Of a DNA stretch of 64,000 nt, positions 27,893-40,305 are shown in pieces. The DNA comes from Lama glama (taxonomy: Eukaryota). The notes under the pieces were generated by a model. It did no database searches. It had not been told where the DNA came from and worked only from the letters and a program-made list of their open reading frames with translations. The stretch is taken from positions 31,930,001 through 31,994,000 of the forward strand of contig CM052821.1 in NCBI GenBank assembly GCA_028534125.1, written 5' to 3'. Numbering within the stretch: position 1 is the stretch's first letter; the number at the start of each line of letters is the position of its first letter. Made by a program: the position numbers and the translations under genes.

Positions 27893-30800
27893 TTTCTAGT
27901 TTCAGCAACAACATGTGAAGAGCTTGGAAGTACCTCCCATGACAATTAAAACAAAACAGAACAAAGCAAAAAATGAGTATCAGTGACCTTTCTTGGACTC
28001 ATCAGAAAATGGGAGGTTTCACAGCAAAACACTATACTGGTTAGGCAGGTGAATTCAGAGACTCATAGCTGGAATCTTCTTAACTGGAGCAGAGGCTGCT
28101 GTAGCCATAAACTGGTAGAAACTCTTACATGGTGATTGTGACCAGTTGCTGAAGGGAGAATGTAGTTTAGCGTGAAAATAAGAAACTCTTGGGTTCTGCA
28201 GTCTTAGGGAAATCCCAAACTTTCATGGGTTTTCCACTAGAAACTCTACCAGGTTTCAAGTTGAAGACCCAAGGAAGATCCCCTCATGGTTCTGGGATGG
28301 GGAGAAGATGAGTAATCATTGTGTAATTTGTCTAGTGTGCTCTCTGTAATGAAGGTCTACTCTCCAGGGGAAAAGACTTTACTAGAGCCTTATCCCAGCT
28401 GAGGGCAAGGGTTTCCTACCACTCCAGCTCCTCTAAATGTCCTGTTTTACCAAAGCAGAGGGAGGGGGAAGTTATACTAGGAGAGAAATAGTTGTGAAGG
28501 TCACAGTTAAGTAAGGTCCATACTTAACAGGCTCACTAAGAGACTAAGATTTAATCATAAGATTATAGAATGCTCCTCCTTCCCCATTCCTTATCATCAT
28601 ACAGTAACACTCTAGTATAGTTAACAGCGAATTACAACTGGAAGAGCTACAGGGTACAGACTCTTTCTGAGGAAGAGGACTTAGGGAAGCCAAAAGCCAA
28701 GTGCAAAGACAGACCAAGGATACTAGAGGAATTTGAAACTTTTGTTACCTAAAGCCACAGCAGATATACATACAATTCAGTTCCTACACAAATCAACACA
28801 GACCCTCACATTAAAGGTCTGTTTACCTCAGTTCCCATTACCTGATACAACATGCCTGGCTGTCAACAAAAAATTACAAGGCATGCCAAAAGGTAAGGAA
28901 AAATAGTCTAAAGAGGCAAAGTAAGCCTTAGAAACAGACTCAGATGTGACAATGTTGGAATTATCATAGGGGATTTTTTTTATCACTGACTAAACATTAT
29001 GAGCTCTAATGGAAAAAGTAGATAACATGCAAGAACACATGGGTAAAGTAAGCAGAGAGATGGAAACCCTGAGGAAGAATCCAAAAGAAATGCTAGAAAT
29101 CCCAAACCCTATAACAGACATGAAGAATGCCTGTGATAAGTTCATCAGTGGACTAGAGGAGGGATTCAGTGAGTTGAAGGTAGGTCAATAGAAACTTTCC
29201 AAAATGAAATACAAAGAGAAAAAGGAATAGAAAAACAAACAAACAAACAAACAAACAAAAAACTTCCCAAACCTCAGAACATCCAAACACTGTAGAACAA
29301 TGACAAAAGGTATAACATACACATAACTGGAATACCAGAAGAAGAAAGAAATATTTGAAGTAATAATGGCAGAGATGCTTCCAAAATTTATGATAGACAA
29401 CAAACCACAGATCCAGAAAAGTTGGAGAACAGTAAGGAGGATAAATACCAGAAACACTCTCTCTCCAAATAAAGAGAGAGGGAGGTAGAAAAAAATCTTA
29501 AAAGAATCCAGAGGGGGAAAAATACACCTTACTTAAGGAAGGACCAAAGACACAATGGACTTCTCAACAGGAATTATGCAAGGAAGAAGGTAGGCTAAAT
29601 CTTCAAAGTGTTGAAAGGGGGAAAAAAAAAACCACCACCAGCCAAGAATTCTATATACAGAAGGATTACTCTCCTAAGTGAAAGAGAAATAAAATCTTTC
29701 TAAGACAAACAAAAGCTGAAGAAATTCATTACCAGCATACTTGCAAAAAAACTCAAAAGATTTCTTTAACCAGAAGGGAGATAAGTCATAAACTTGAATT
29801 TACCTAAAGTTTCATATGAAAAAAAAATTTATTTTTCTTATTTTTATTTGCTATGGAAGATAACTTTGTTTAAAGCAATAGTAGTAACAATGTTCCGTGT
29901 GATCATAGTGTATGGATAAATAATGAATGACAGCAATGTCCCAGGGAGAGGAAGGAAGGACTGGAAACATCTAAGGTACCTGTACTACAAGTGAAGCAGG
30001 ATGGCATCATTTGAGCAACAATCAGATTAGTTAAAAATGTATTTTGGAAAATGTAAGACAACCACTACATTTAAAAAAATGAATTTATGTGCTAAGACAC
30101 GAGGTAAAAAGGAATCATATAAGACACTCATTTAGAAGCCAAACAAGGCAGAAGAGGCGGGGGAGTGGGGGTGGAGAACAGATTCAACAAGTAGACCAAA
30201 GTTATAAACATGTTAGATATTAATCCAACTATATCAAGAACAACTCTAGTGTGAGTGGTAAAAGCATCCATTAAAATTTGGAGATTGTCATTGTGGATAA
30301 AAAAGCAAGACTCAATGTATGTTGTCTGATAGAAACCAACTTTAAAAATGAAATCTCAGATTGGTTAAAAAGGATAGAGCAATAGACATTTATTCTAATA
30401 ATTATCCAAAGAAAACTAAAGTAGTTGTATTAATTTTAAACAAAGCATATTTCAGAACAAGGAAAATTATCATGGACAAACAGACATTACCTAATGATAA
30501 AAGAGTCCATTTTAATTTCTCTTAAAGGTTTACTTAACAATATAGAGTGTCAAAAAAGGAGGCTAAAACTGAAGGGAGAAATAGACAAATTCACCACTAT
30601 AGCTGAAGCCTTCAACAACACTCTTTTAGTAACTGATAGATCATCAATCAGAAAATCAGGGTATATTTAACCTGAATATTACTATTAATCAACTAGAGTT
30701 AACTTATGTTTATGGAATATTCCAGCCAACAGTAGCAGGGTTCACATCCTTCTCAAGCTCACATAAACATTCACCAAGATTGACCACACTCTGGGACATA

Positions 30801-31200
30801 AAATATGCCTTAACAAATTTAATAGGATAGAAAACACACCAAATATGCTCTCAGACCTATGGAATTGTTAATACAAATCAAACAGAAAGACAGCTGGCAA
30901 ATGTCCAAATATTTGAGATAAGACATCACTTCTAAGTAACTTTTGGATTAAAGAAGACAAATGTTTGAATCAATAGAAATTATAAAAAATACTTGAGTGA
31001 ATGAAAATGTAAAGACAACTTATCAAAATTTGTAGAATGCAGGAAAAAGCAAGGGTAAAAAGAAATTTATAGCATTTAAGTGCATGCATTAAAAAAGAAG
31101 AAAGATCTAAAATCACTAGCCTCAACTTCATTTTAGGAAACTAGATAAAATTTTTTAAAAATATTTTTAAATCTTTTGAAGAGCCAAATTAAAAAAAAAA
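27893..31200 (+). mobile_element. Ancient L1 5' half: 5'UTR, ORF1 remnant and ORF2 endonuclease remnant
   Basis: ORF1-like remnant 29009-29191 (MEKVDNMQEHMGKVSREMETLRKNPKEMLEI) plus 29300-29760. ORF2 EN-like DNA TTCTCAAGCTCACATAAACATTCACCAAGATTGACCACACTCTGGGACATAAA and ACAACTTATCAAAATTTGTAGAATGCAG. Many stops and frameshifts. Confidence 0.85.
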
Positions 31201-31266
31201 GACATGATACATCTAATTTGTATATTTTATTTTAGAGTTGTAAATACAAGAACTTGCAGTAAAGTG

Positions 31267-31624
31267 TGCTATAGATGCAATGTTTGCAGTGCCTCAAAAT
31301 TCACATGTTGAAGTCTAATCCCCAGTATTAGCAGGTGGGGTCTGTGGGAGGTGATTGGGTCATGAGGGTGAAGCCCTCATGAATGGGATTAGTGCTCTTA
31401 TAAAAGAGATCCCAGTGAAGGCCCCTTGCACCTTCTGCCATATCGGTTATAGCAAAAAGACAACCATCTATGAATCAGGAAGTGTGCTGTCTCCAAATTA
31501 CGAACTCTGTGGAGCCTTGATTTTGGACTTCACAGCTGCCAGAACCGTGAGGAATCAGTATCTGTGGTTTCTAGGCTATCCAGTCTCTGAAATTTTGTTA
31601 CAGCAAACTTCACAGACTAAGACA
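31267..31624 (+). mobile_element. Full-length MLT1A-like solo LTR
   Basis: TGCTATAGA...GACTAAGACA termini; core GGGAGGTGATTGGGTCATGAGGGTGAAGCCCTCATGAATGGGATTAGTGCTCTTATAAAAGAG. Confidence 0.88.
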
Positions 31625-31908
31625 CTGTGTTTTCTTTGTAAATATTATATGAAATAACTGCTAAGAACTATTAGCTTTGTCTGGACTTTTTTCTCAGTGA
31701 AGGGATGATGTGAACAGAAGTCATCAGTCTTATACTAGTTGCAGAGGAGGTTTGGGGAAGAATCAGCCATTTCTTCCCTCAACCCTCAAGTGGTTACACG
31801 TTCGAAAACCCCTGGGTTAGCATATAAGTCATCACACCTTGTAACAAAATGCTGTCATATATAAACAGTCATATGTAAGTTTATTAGCAAAATTCGTAAT
31901 TTTATATA

Positions 31909-32100
31909 CAGTTGTCCCTTGAACAATACAGGTTTGAACTTTGCAGGTCCAGTTATACACAAATTTTTTTCAATAAACATGTACTACGGTACCACACTAT
32001 CTGTGGTTCATTGAATCCGCAGATGCAGAGGAACATCACATACAGAAGAACCAAGTATATGGAGGGCCCACATACTTGAGCACTGTTCAAGGATCAAATG
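31909..32100. mobile_element. Tc1/mariner Tigger2-family MITE (192 bp)
   Basis: TIRs CAGTTGTCCCTTGAACA and TGTTCAAGGATCAAATG (14 of 17 complementary); flanked by TA on the left and CA (mutated TA) on the right. Confidence 0.8.
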
Positions 32101-32376
32101 CATTATTAATCTGTTGTAATTTGCTTATTTATGGACTAGTGTCAAATGTCCAGTTTTTTCATTTCAATAATTAACAATATTTGAGCGACTATATACCTAT
32201 TGTGCCAGATTACAGGAATGAAAACTCGAAAAGTCGTGGCCCTTACCTTCAACCAACTCATAGTTCAGTGAGATGAACAACGACAAAGACATTTTCAAAA
32301 TAATGGAAAATACTGTGAACTTGCTTCATATAAAAATTTAGTTTGTGTTTTCCTATATTATCAGACAGGGAGCTCT

Positions 32377-32795
32377 TGTGGTAGATGCTGTGGGTCATTC
32401 CTCAGATCTCCTCTTCAGTATTCAGTATTCACTTATTTCTCTAGCTGCCAGAATTTTTGTCAACTGATAGTTCACAGTGTGGTCCCTTTAATGAAGGGAG
32501 CTGCCTGGCACAAGGTTAAGTCCCTTCCTGGAGGCAACTCACACTCTGTCTGGCTGTTGTTGGGTACAGAAGTTGCCTGCTGAATTCGAGTCAAGTCTAA
32601 AGTCTTCTCAGTTCCAGAACTTTCCACCAGATCCACTAAGCTTGCGGTTGTGACTACAACACAGTTCAACTTCTCCTTCTGTTTAATTCTTCTTCCCTCT
32701 CTCCCTTACAGGGGTGTTTCTGAGAGCTTTTTCCAGGAAACCTTCAAGAAAGCTTTGTCTCAGGATCTACTTTCTGATGAACCTGACTTAAGGCA
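32377..32795 (+). mobile_element. ERVL LTR (LTR16-like)
   Basis: TGTGGTAGATGCTGTGGG start, internal CACAGTTCAACTTCTCCTTCTG...CCCTTACAGGGGTG and end GAACCTGACTTAAGGCA. Confidence 0.65.
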
Positions 32796-34920
32796 TCCCT
32801 GATTATATGTACATGTAAGAGTCTTAACTGTCAAAGAAAATATTGAGAGCCAAGTCTGGAAATAATAAGTGAATCCATAGGGAAGATCTAATACCAGATT
32901 TATAGGGCATTGGAAGATCCATGAGACGTGGTGTAGATGCTGTTGTGCCAAGTAACTTCATCCAATAAGAGCACCCTGAGTAACCAGCCCAGGATCCATA
33001 TAGAGTAGATTTAATACAAAGAAGATAAGATTAGTGTAGCCTTTAGACTGCTATTATTTGAAATCTCTGTAACATTTGGGAAAGAGGTTTGAATGGAGAA
33101 CTAGGGATTTATTCCTGACTTGATCCCAACAAACTAAAGCAGTCTCAGGTAGGAAGCCCTCAAATGTCTATATGCCTGGAATGTGTTATGGGTTAATCAT
33201 CACTAACCTGGTCAAATATAAATCTTAGAATTTGGTTCTAAGGCCATTGGGTTAAGGATTATGAAATATTTTCCAAAAAGTAAAACCTCTATCAATGATA
33301 GTAGACAGTGCAATTTTAAGGGGTCCATTGATAAACAATTTTGTTATAATAATTATTTATTTAAACATGTAACAGAAAATATAACTACCATATAGTGATG
33401 TGGCTTTTCAGGCTTTATTTAAAATAACAGTCATTAAGTAAATAATTGATCATCAAGTAAAATTCTTAATCATTAAGTAAAAGAAGGTGATAAAAAGTGA
33501 TGATGTTGGTAATTAACTTACTGAATTTTGAGGATCACTGAGTTGTGAGGGAAATGACACTTGTAATGGGAAGGATGCAGTGTGAAAAAACTTGAGATAC
33601 AGAAACGGAAGTAAAGAGACACATAAGGAAGTTCAGACAGGTGAGATTTTGCAGTTCTGTGTGCGAGTACCTGGGGAATCATTTGTGGGGCTTTAGAGAG
33701 TAAATGAGGATGGGAAGTCTGGATTCTGGAACATGGTAGGGAGAGCTGCAAGGACTGAGATCTCCAAAATTACCAGTCTGAAAGGAGGACCTTGGATTCA
33801 ATCCTGTGCCAATCTAAGAGGTCTTTGGCAGTGAGGACAGATTCTTCTAGGTATTTAAGGTAACATGGAAGGATTGAATGCTGCCTGCCCTAAAGTTGGG
33901 TAACCTCAGATCCTGGAGGGCTAATATTCAACATCTGCTTATTCTGTCCACCATGTGCCATGTCTGTTTTAAGCACAAAAAATAAAGCAGACAAATATCC
34001 CTGCTTTGATGAAACTTTCATTCTGGTACCCACATCTAGCATGCCTCAGTATAAATTAAATTTGGAGGGAAATGAATTATGATTCTTAAGTTATAAGTGA
34101 AAATCACTTCTCCCCAGGTAACTTTTGTCTGGTACTGATTTTTTTTTTTTCTAAAAATCTTTACACAGTGCTTCAATTATTTCTGCTGTTTGGAATTAAA
34201 CATTTAAATGGTTTATTTTTAATTTTAACATACTCAGCATTTTAAAAGAAATATTAAAAGCACTTTACAGAAATAGCTGCTATTCTTTCAGGAAGATATT
34301 GTCTTTAGTACTTTCATAAAAACAACTAGTTGGTGCAGAAAATGTTTGTAGTAAGACCAAGATTAAGGGTTTTATTTGACTATGCTATGTGTTAGTTTAA
34401 GTGTATTTTATAGTCTCAAAACATACTTTTATATTCTTTATTTCACAGAACTGCTGCGACAAGACACAGATACTTTACTAAAGCTTGGTTACCAGTACTG
34501 AGAAGAGAACTGAAAATACATGCCTACTAGTAAGAAGTCAGTACTGTCATTCCACATGCATTAGCTGGCCTGCAAATTCTATTCTCAAAGTTTATAAACA
34601 AACATTTGGTGATAAGAAAGCTTCCTTGGTGAATTACTTTCTACAGAAGATCAATATATTTTAATTGTCATATTTTTGTTTGGTACTGATTTTAATAAAG
34701 AACATTAGGTGTCTTCAAGATACAACTTTGACATAATCATAGCAAGTTCCCAGGCCCATCTCTCAGGGTTGTCTTCCTAGAAGAAACCCTCCCCTTGAAG
34801 CAGTGTGGTTCTAGCTCTTTCATGGCCCCTGATAGTTTCTTCCTATTCCACTTTTCCTCCATTTAAATACATTTTTTAAAAAAGCAAAAAAAAAACCCTT
34901 ATTTTTTCCATAAGTTAAAA

Positions 34921-35222
34921 ACTTATTGCACGATTCCACTTTACATGCGGTATCTAGGATAAGCAAATCCACAGAGACAGTAGAATAGAGGTTGCCAGGG
35001 ACTGAGGGAGAGGGAAATGTGGAGTTACTGTTTCATGGATAGTTTCTGTTTGGGATGATGAAAAAGTTCTGGAAATAGATAGTAGTGATGCTTGTACAAC
35101 ACTGTAAATGCACTTTATTGAATACTTAAAATGTAAAATTATAAAAATTTATATGACGTATTTTTTTACCACTACAAAAGTAATACCAAAAAAAACAAAA
35201 ACAAACAAACTAACAAAAAAAC
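34921..35222 (+). mobile_element. L1 3' end (L1MB-like) with decayed A tail
   Basis: GCAAATCCACAGAGACAG...GGTTGCCAGGGACTGAGGG...GTTTCTGTTTGGGATGATGAAAAAGTTCTGGAAATAGATAGTAGTGATG, followed by an (A)n/(AAAC)n tail. Confidence 0.85.
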
Positions 35223-35591
35223 AGCCCTTGACACCACCAGATTTGCAATGGTATCATAAAGTACTTGTTAATGTAATGTTGGTGTCATTACGTTTTAATT
35301 GCCAGCTGGCAACCATCAAGGTTTGCAACTACATGGATTTAAAAACAAACAAACAAAATCTTCACAGCATTTCCTGTCATCTTTCAGCAGCTTTCACTAT
35401 GTGGTTTTACTCTTCTGAGACAGGCGCATATGTTCTTATCATTCAGAAGGTAACAGATATTTAAAAGAGCTATTTTGATAGTACCAACTTGTATGGTTCT
35501 TGGCTTGTGGGAAGAATTACTCTGTTTCTAGTTGGATTTTGCATTGTCTCACACCATGAGTAATACCAGAGAAGGTACTGAAATTGGCCTC

Positions 35592-36091
35592 NNNNNNNNN
35601 NNNNNNNNNNNNNNNNNNNNNNNNNNNNNNNNNNNNNNNNNNNNNNNNNNNNNNNNNNNNNNNNNNNNNNNNNNNNNNNNNNNNNNNNNNNNNNNNNNNN
35701 NNNNNNNNNNNNNNNNNNNNNNNNNNNNNNNNNNNNNNNNNNNNNNNNNNNNNNNNNNNNNNNNNNNNNNNNNNNNNNNNNNNNNNNNNNNNNNNNNNNN
35801 NNNNNNNNNNNNNNNNNNNNNNNNNNNNNNNNNNNNNNNNNNNNNNNNNNNNNNNNNNNNNNNNNNNNNNNNNNNNNNNNNNNNNNNNNNNNNNNNNNNN
35901 NNNNNNNNNNNNNNNNNNNNNNNNNNNNNNNNNNNNNNNNNNNNNNNNNNNNNNNNNNNNNNNNNNNNNNNNNNNNNNNNNNNNNNNNNNNNNNNNNNNN
36001 NNNNNNNNNNNNNNNNNNNNNNNNNNNNNNNNNNNNNNNNNNNNNNNNNNNNNNNNNNNNNNNNNNNNNNNNNNNNNNNNNNNNNNNNNNN
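35592..36091. other. Assembly gap (500 N)
   Basis: N run seen directly; the right flank is (TA)n. Confidence 0.99.
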
Positions 36092-38004
36092 TATATATAT
36101 AGCCTGTAGTAACATTTTCTCCTGTGGTGGTTCCTCATTCAATATTTGCAGATGAATTGACTGTTGGATAGGTTACTGGACATTTTCTTACACTTAACAG
36201 AGAGGTATGTGCTTTGCACACACCACTAGATATTCAATGAATGTTGCTTTGGTGTCCCGGTACAACCTAGTGATCAATACTATGAAAAAATAATACACTT
36301 CGTGACTGCAATTGACAAAAGAGATGCTCCTGAACATACAAGAGTCAGAGAAATAAGGAATTGAATCCTTCCTTGTGGAGAAAGAGAGTCACATATCTCC
36401 ATACCTTTATCTTAATTCAGAACTTATTCTGTCTTTGTCTCTATTCTCATTTCTGCTCCATTGCTCAGAGTAGGGATTCTTTATCTGGAATCTCTGGATC
36501 CTTATAAAGTCTATGAATGGATTTCAGCAGGGCTTACAACCCAGTAAAATGCTATGCATGAAGAAAGCCAGGTGGTTATTTAACAAGTATAAAGTAGGGG
36601 TTTAAACCCAAGCTTATCTAACTGCAAAGTCTCTGTTTTTCCAGATGTATCATGGTTTAGGTGATTTCTTGCATTGCTAGGTAGAAAACAGACAAGGGCG
36701 GTGATGCAATCTGATTATTGGACTGGAGTGTCGGGAAGGTTTGTAACAATCACTACCACAGAGTGGCAGCGGCAGAAGCAACAGCAAACACCTACGTATT
36801 GTTTGTGATGTGTCGAGTGCAGTTCTAAATGCTTTATGTATTAAGCTTTTTTTTAAACCTCACCACAAACCTATGAAATAGTACTATGGTTAGACACATT
36901 TTATAGATTTAACAACCTGAAAAATGGAGAGGTTAAGTTGTTTAGGCAAGGCAGAAGGACACTGAACACAGGTTGGAGGGGGTGCAGACATACGGGAAAG
37001 AGAGAAGATGACCACGGTATTTGTTTTTTTCCAAATTTTGTTTCAAGCCATCCTGCAATCTAGGCTACCCTGAATTCCAACCTAGCCTTCTTTCTTGACT
37101 AAAGGAGAAAATCTGTCTAGGGTCACAAAATAAAGAGCCAGACAACCCATTCCAGCCCCTGACCTTACTTTGAAGAGTCAATCTACGAATAAACCAGTCA
37201 CATCAGGTTTGTAAAGATAATCGCTTGTTTCCAGACCTCTTAGAAAATAAAAGGCTGTCAGAAGGAGACCTTTCTCAGCTCTGGCATTCTTCACATCTTA
37301 GTATGCAGGTACAATTTAAATCATTTGTATTTGATGCCTGTGAGAAAGAGTGACTAGCCTTGAAATGAACTTTGACAACATGCAGAATATAGTCACCCTG
37401 TTAACTAGTGGGTTGTCAGTAGAAATCAGAGTTTAAGTGGTTTTAACAGCAGATGTGGTATGTGCTGTGAATTTGAATATTTCAAATATCTATACAGCAG
37501 CCAAGGTTTCAGTGAACCCTACTCCCAAACATTCCAAGCCAGGATAAGTTTCAGCCTTCTCTGCACAAACACTGCTTCTAGCCTCAGAAGTGTTTCACTC
37601 CTCATTAGATTGGCAGAGACCTGGATTCTGATGATAATTCCATGGCTTTTTTGTGAGTTACTGTATATGGCTTTTTGTGAGTTAATTTCTTCTATCTAAA
37701 AGCAAGTATGACAACATATGTAACTTAACATCTGATTAAAGGTACAAATTTTAAATAAGATGATATTCAGTAAAATCCTTGGGGTTCTGGAGGTGAGGTT
37801 CTTACTAAGACTTAAAAGATGGAAATATTTGTTCCTGCACAAAGATAAAGTTCAAAAAAATTGTAAAACTTGATCACATTGTATAAACTGTTTATAGTCT
37901 GCAAAGACATGTTACCTGAAAATTTTTATTATTAATTGTCTATAACTTAAAAGTTTGATCTTTCTTAAAATGCAATATCGTAATGGTAAGCTAGATGAGA
38001 TGTG

Positions 38005-38390
38005 GGAAGAGCTGGGTATTCGTGTCAGTTGGGCTTCTTACTAGCTCTGTGAACTTGGGCAGATCATTGAATTTCAGTTTTCTCATCTGTAAAATGGAAA
38101 TAGTGAAAATCATTTCCCTTGCCCAGGTCAAAGGATTACTATGAGATATATCAGAAAACAACACAAGCTAACATTTACAGAGAGCTTAATTTATTGGTGC
38201 CATGCTCTGAATTCCATGCTTTGTACATTTTGCCTCCTTTCATCTTTATTCCAATGTTATGAATTAAGTAATACTTTATATCTACTTTACTGATATGGGA
38301 ACTGAGACTCAGAGAGGTTAAGTGCGCTGAGCTCATAAAGCTTACTATTAGGGGGAAGAACATGGATGTGAAACTTAACTAAAATGGTTC
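38005..38390. mobile_element. Two adjacent MIR fragments in opposite orientation
   Basis: Forward core CTTACTAGCTCTGTGAACTTGGGCAG...TCAGTTTTCTCATCTGTAAAATGG, then reverse core TTTACTGATATGGGAACTGAGACTCAGAGAGGTTAAGTG. Confidence 0.7.
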
Positions 38391-39916
38391 TGTTTTATAA
38401 AAGTAAGATGATTGACATATCAAGAAAATGTGTTTCTTCTCCTGTCCTAGTTCTTCTTTTTCTTTAACACTCTATGTCTCTCCTCAAAGTCTCTCTCTCT
38501 CTCTGGTAACAATTACTGCTGTTATTCATCATGTACACTATAGCAGTATTGCAGGGTTAGGTTTCAATAAGGAAAAAACCAAATCTGGGCAAAACAATAA
38601 TCGTGGAATCATAGTGTGATCTCTAGCCAATGATCTGACTGCTTTTATGTAATCCTCATTCACCAAGTGTTTCTTGAGAATTTACTGTATTCCATGATGG
38701 GTGTAGGGTGCGGGGATTCTACAAATATGAAGGGAATATGCTTTATTCCTTGGGGTGAGAGATGTACAGAAATACCTATAATCTGAAGAAGTGATTGCAT
38801 GTTGTAAGAGATAAATGCCAGAGGAGTTCAAGAGGAAAAATTAACTGATTCCAGGTAAGGGGATCATCAATTTTGCACCAACGTCCAGGGAAAATATTTG
38901 CCTTTTTCTAGATTGTCAGGCTAACCAGGTAAGTGCTTATTAAATGCCAAGGAGAAGAGGAGTGGGATAAGATGTTAAAATTGTGGAGACTGGGCTTGGG
39001 AAATAAGACAAAAAAAAAAATCATGTGATAGCACCTTCTCCCCTCCTTTAGTTACACACTCAAGAATTTAATTCCTTCAAGTTTCATCAAGGCACGAGTA
39101 TATTTACTGTCAAATTGTATACTTGGATGGCTAGAGGAGAGAAGGAGGGAGGGTGGAGGATGGGAGGGTTATCCTCTCATGTTTCACAGATGTTGATTTC
39201 AAGTTTCCACCTGGTAACAGCCTAGGGGCCAGGGCATAAAGATACAAGTCAAAACACAGAGACACACAGAACTGACAGCATCCAGCAAGGGAATTACAAA
39301 AACCCCAAAAAGCTTTCCACCGGCTAAATAAATATCTTTCCTTGTATTTGCACTTTTTTTTTTTATTTACTGAAATTTGTAAAGAGCCATAAACGTTATT
39401 ACATTTTCAAAGTTCTAGATTATATAAAAGTGTAGCCTATGAAAATAAAATTTTTCATGTATAGGCTAATTAAATTGTGACCAACTTCTAGTATCTATGC
39501 ATTTTCTTAAAAAAAAAAACAAAACCTTGCAGACAACAAGAACGGTTTTAAACTATGAGTAATGAAAGTAATAAATGACATGCTTTTCATATAAAACCAT
39601 GGCTTTCTTCCAGGACACTTTAGAAATACATTCAAAATACAGAGAAAACTTCCATAGCATAGTACTTGAATTTGTACAAACAGCCCAAGGCAAGTAAGAA
39701 TCCGAATGGCTACTTATTTATTTTCACAGACCACACTTAAAATAATTTCATTCCATTTGCCAAGCTTACATGTCCTGAAAGGAAAACAAACAAACAAACA
39801 AACAAAACCAACCCTGTCATTTCGGAAGTATGATAAACAAGACTAGAAAGGGTGGATAGATGAGTGGGGTTGGGGGTGGGGAAACAAACCCTTTAGTTAC
39901 AATATTTTAGGGAAAT

Positions 39917-40305
39917 GAATCAACATAATAAAACAAATCCCAAGTCAAGTTGCTCCACTGCTACACTACATAAGCAGTTTAGAATCTTAAGCAGATGCAA
40001 AAGAAATAAAGCATCTAAANNNNNNNNNNNNNNNNNNNNNNNNNNNNNNNNNNNNNNNNNNNNNNNNNNNNNNNNNNNNNNNNNNNNNNNNNNNNNNNNN
40101 NNNNNNNNNNNNNNNNNNNNNNNNNNNNNNNNNNNNNNNNNNNNNNNNNNNNNNNNNNNNNNNNNNNNNNNNNNNNNNNNNNNNNNNNNNNAGCACCTAT
40201 CCCCTCCTCCTTTCCACACCTGCAAACTCTTTTGCTTGGGCCGAATATTTAGTGTAATTACATCTCAGCTTTGAGGGCTCCTGTGGCAAATCCCCGGATT
40301 AAAAG
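39917..40305 (+). other. DCN: DCN non-coding leader exon 1a (partly in N gap 40020-40191)
   Basis: CAAGTTGCTCCACT...GCAGTTTAGAATCTTAAGCAGATGCAAA and AGCACCTATCCCCTCCTCCTTTCCACACCTGCAAACTC...CCGGATTAAAAG match the recalled mammalian DCN 5'UTR. Donor AAG|GTATGA at 40305/40306. The 5' boundary is uncertain. Confidence 0.85.
40020..40191. other. Assembly gap (172 N) inside leader exon 1a region
   Basis: N run seen directly. Confidence 0.99.

Noticed and set aside
29009-29191. Coiled-coil-like ORF as a host gene
   Set aside because: It is a fragment of decayed L1 ORF1 with stops and frameshifts around it.
34320-34560. Possible tRNA-derived ancient SINE (MamSINE1-like) or tRNA
   Set aside because: Only a faint resemblance; no cloverleaf or clear A/B boxes, so it cannot be supported without a profile search.
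35470-36155. Long ORFs of 172-222 aa
   Set aside because: Artefacts of translating through the 500-N gap; the same applies to ORFs spanning the gaps at 40020, 44202 and 63701.
38005-38390. Inverted MIR pair as a hairpin or miRNA precursor
   Set aside because: The copies are too diverged for evident long pairing and lie upstream of the transcribed region.
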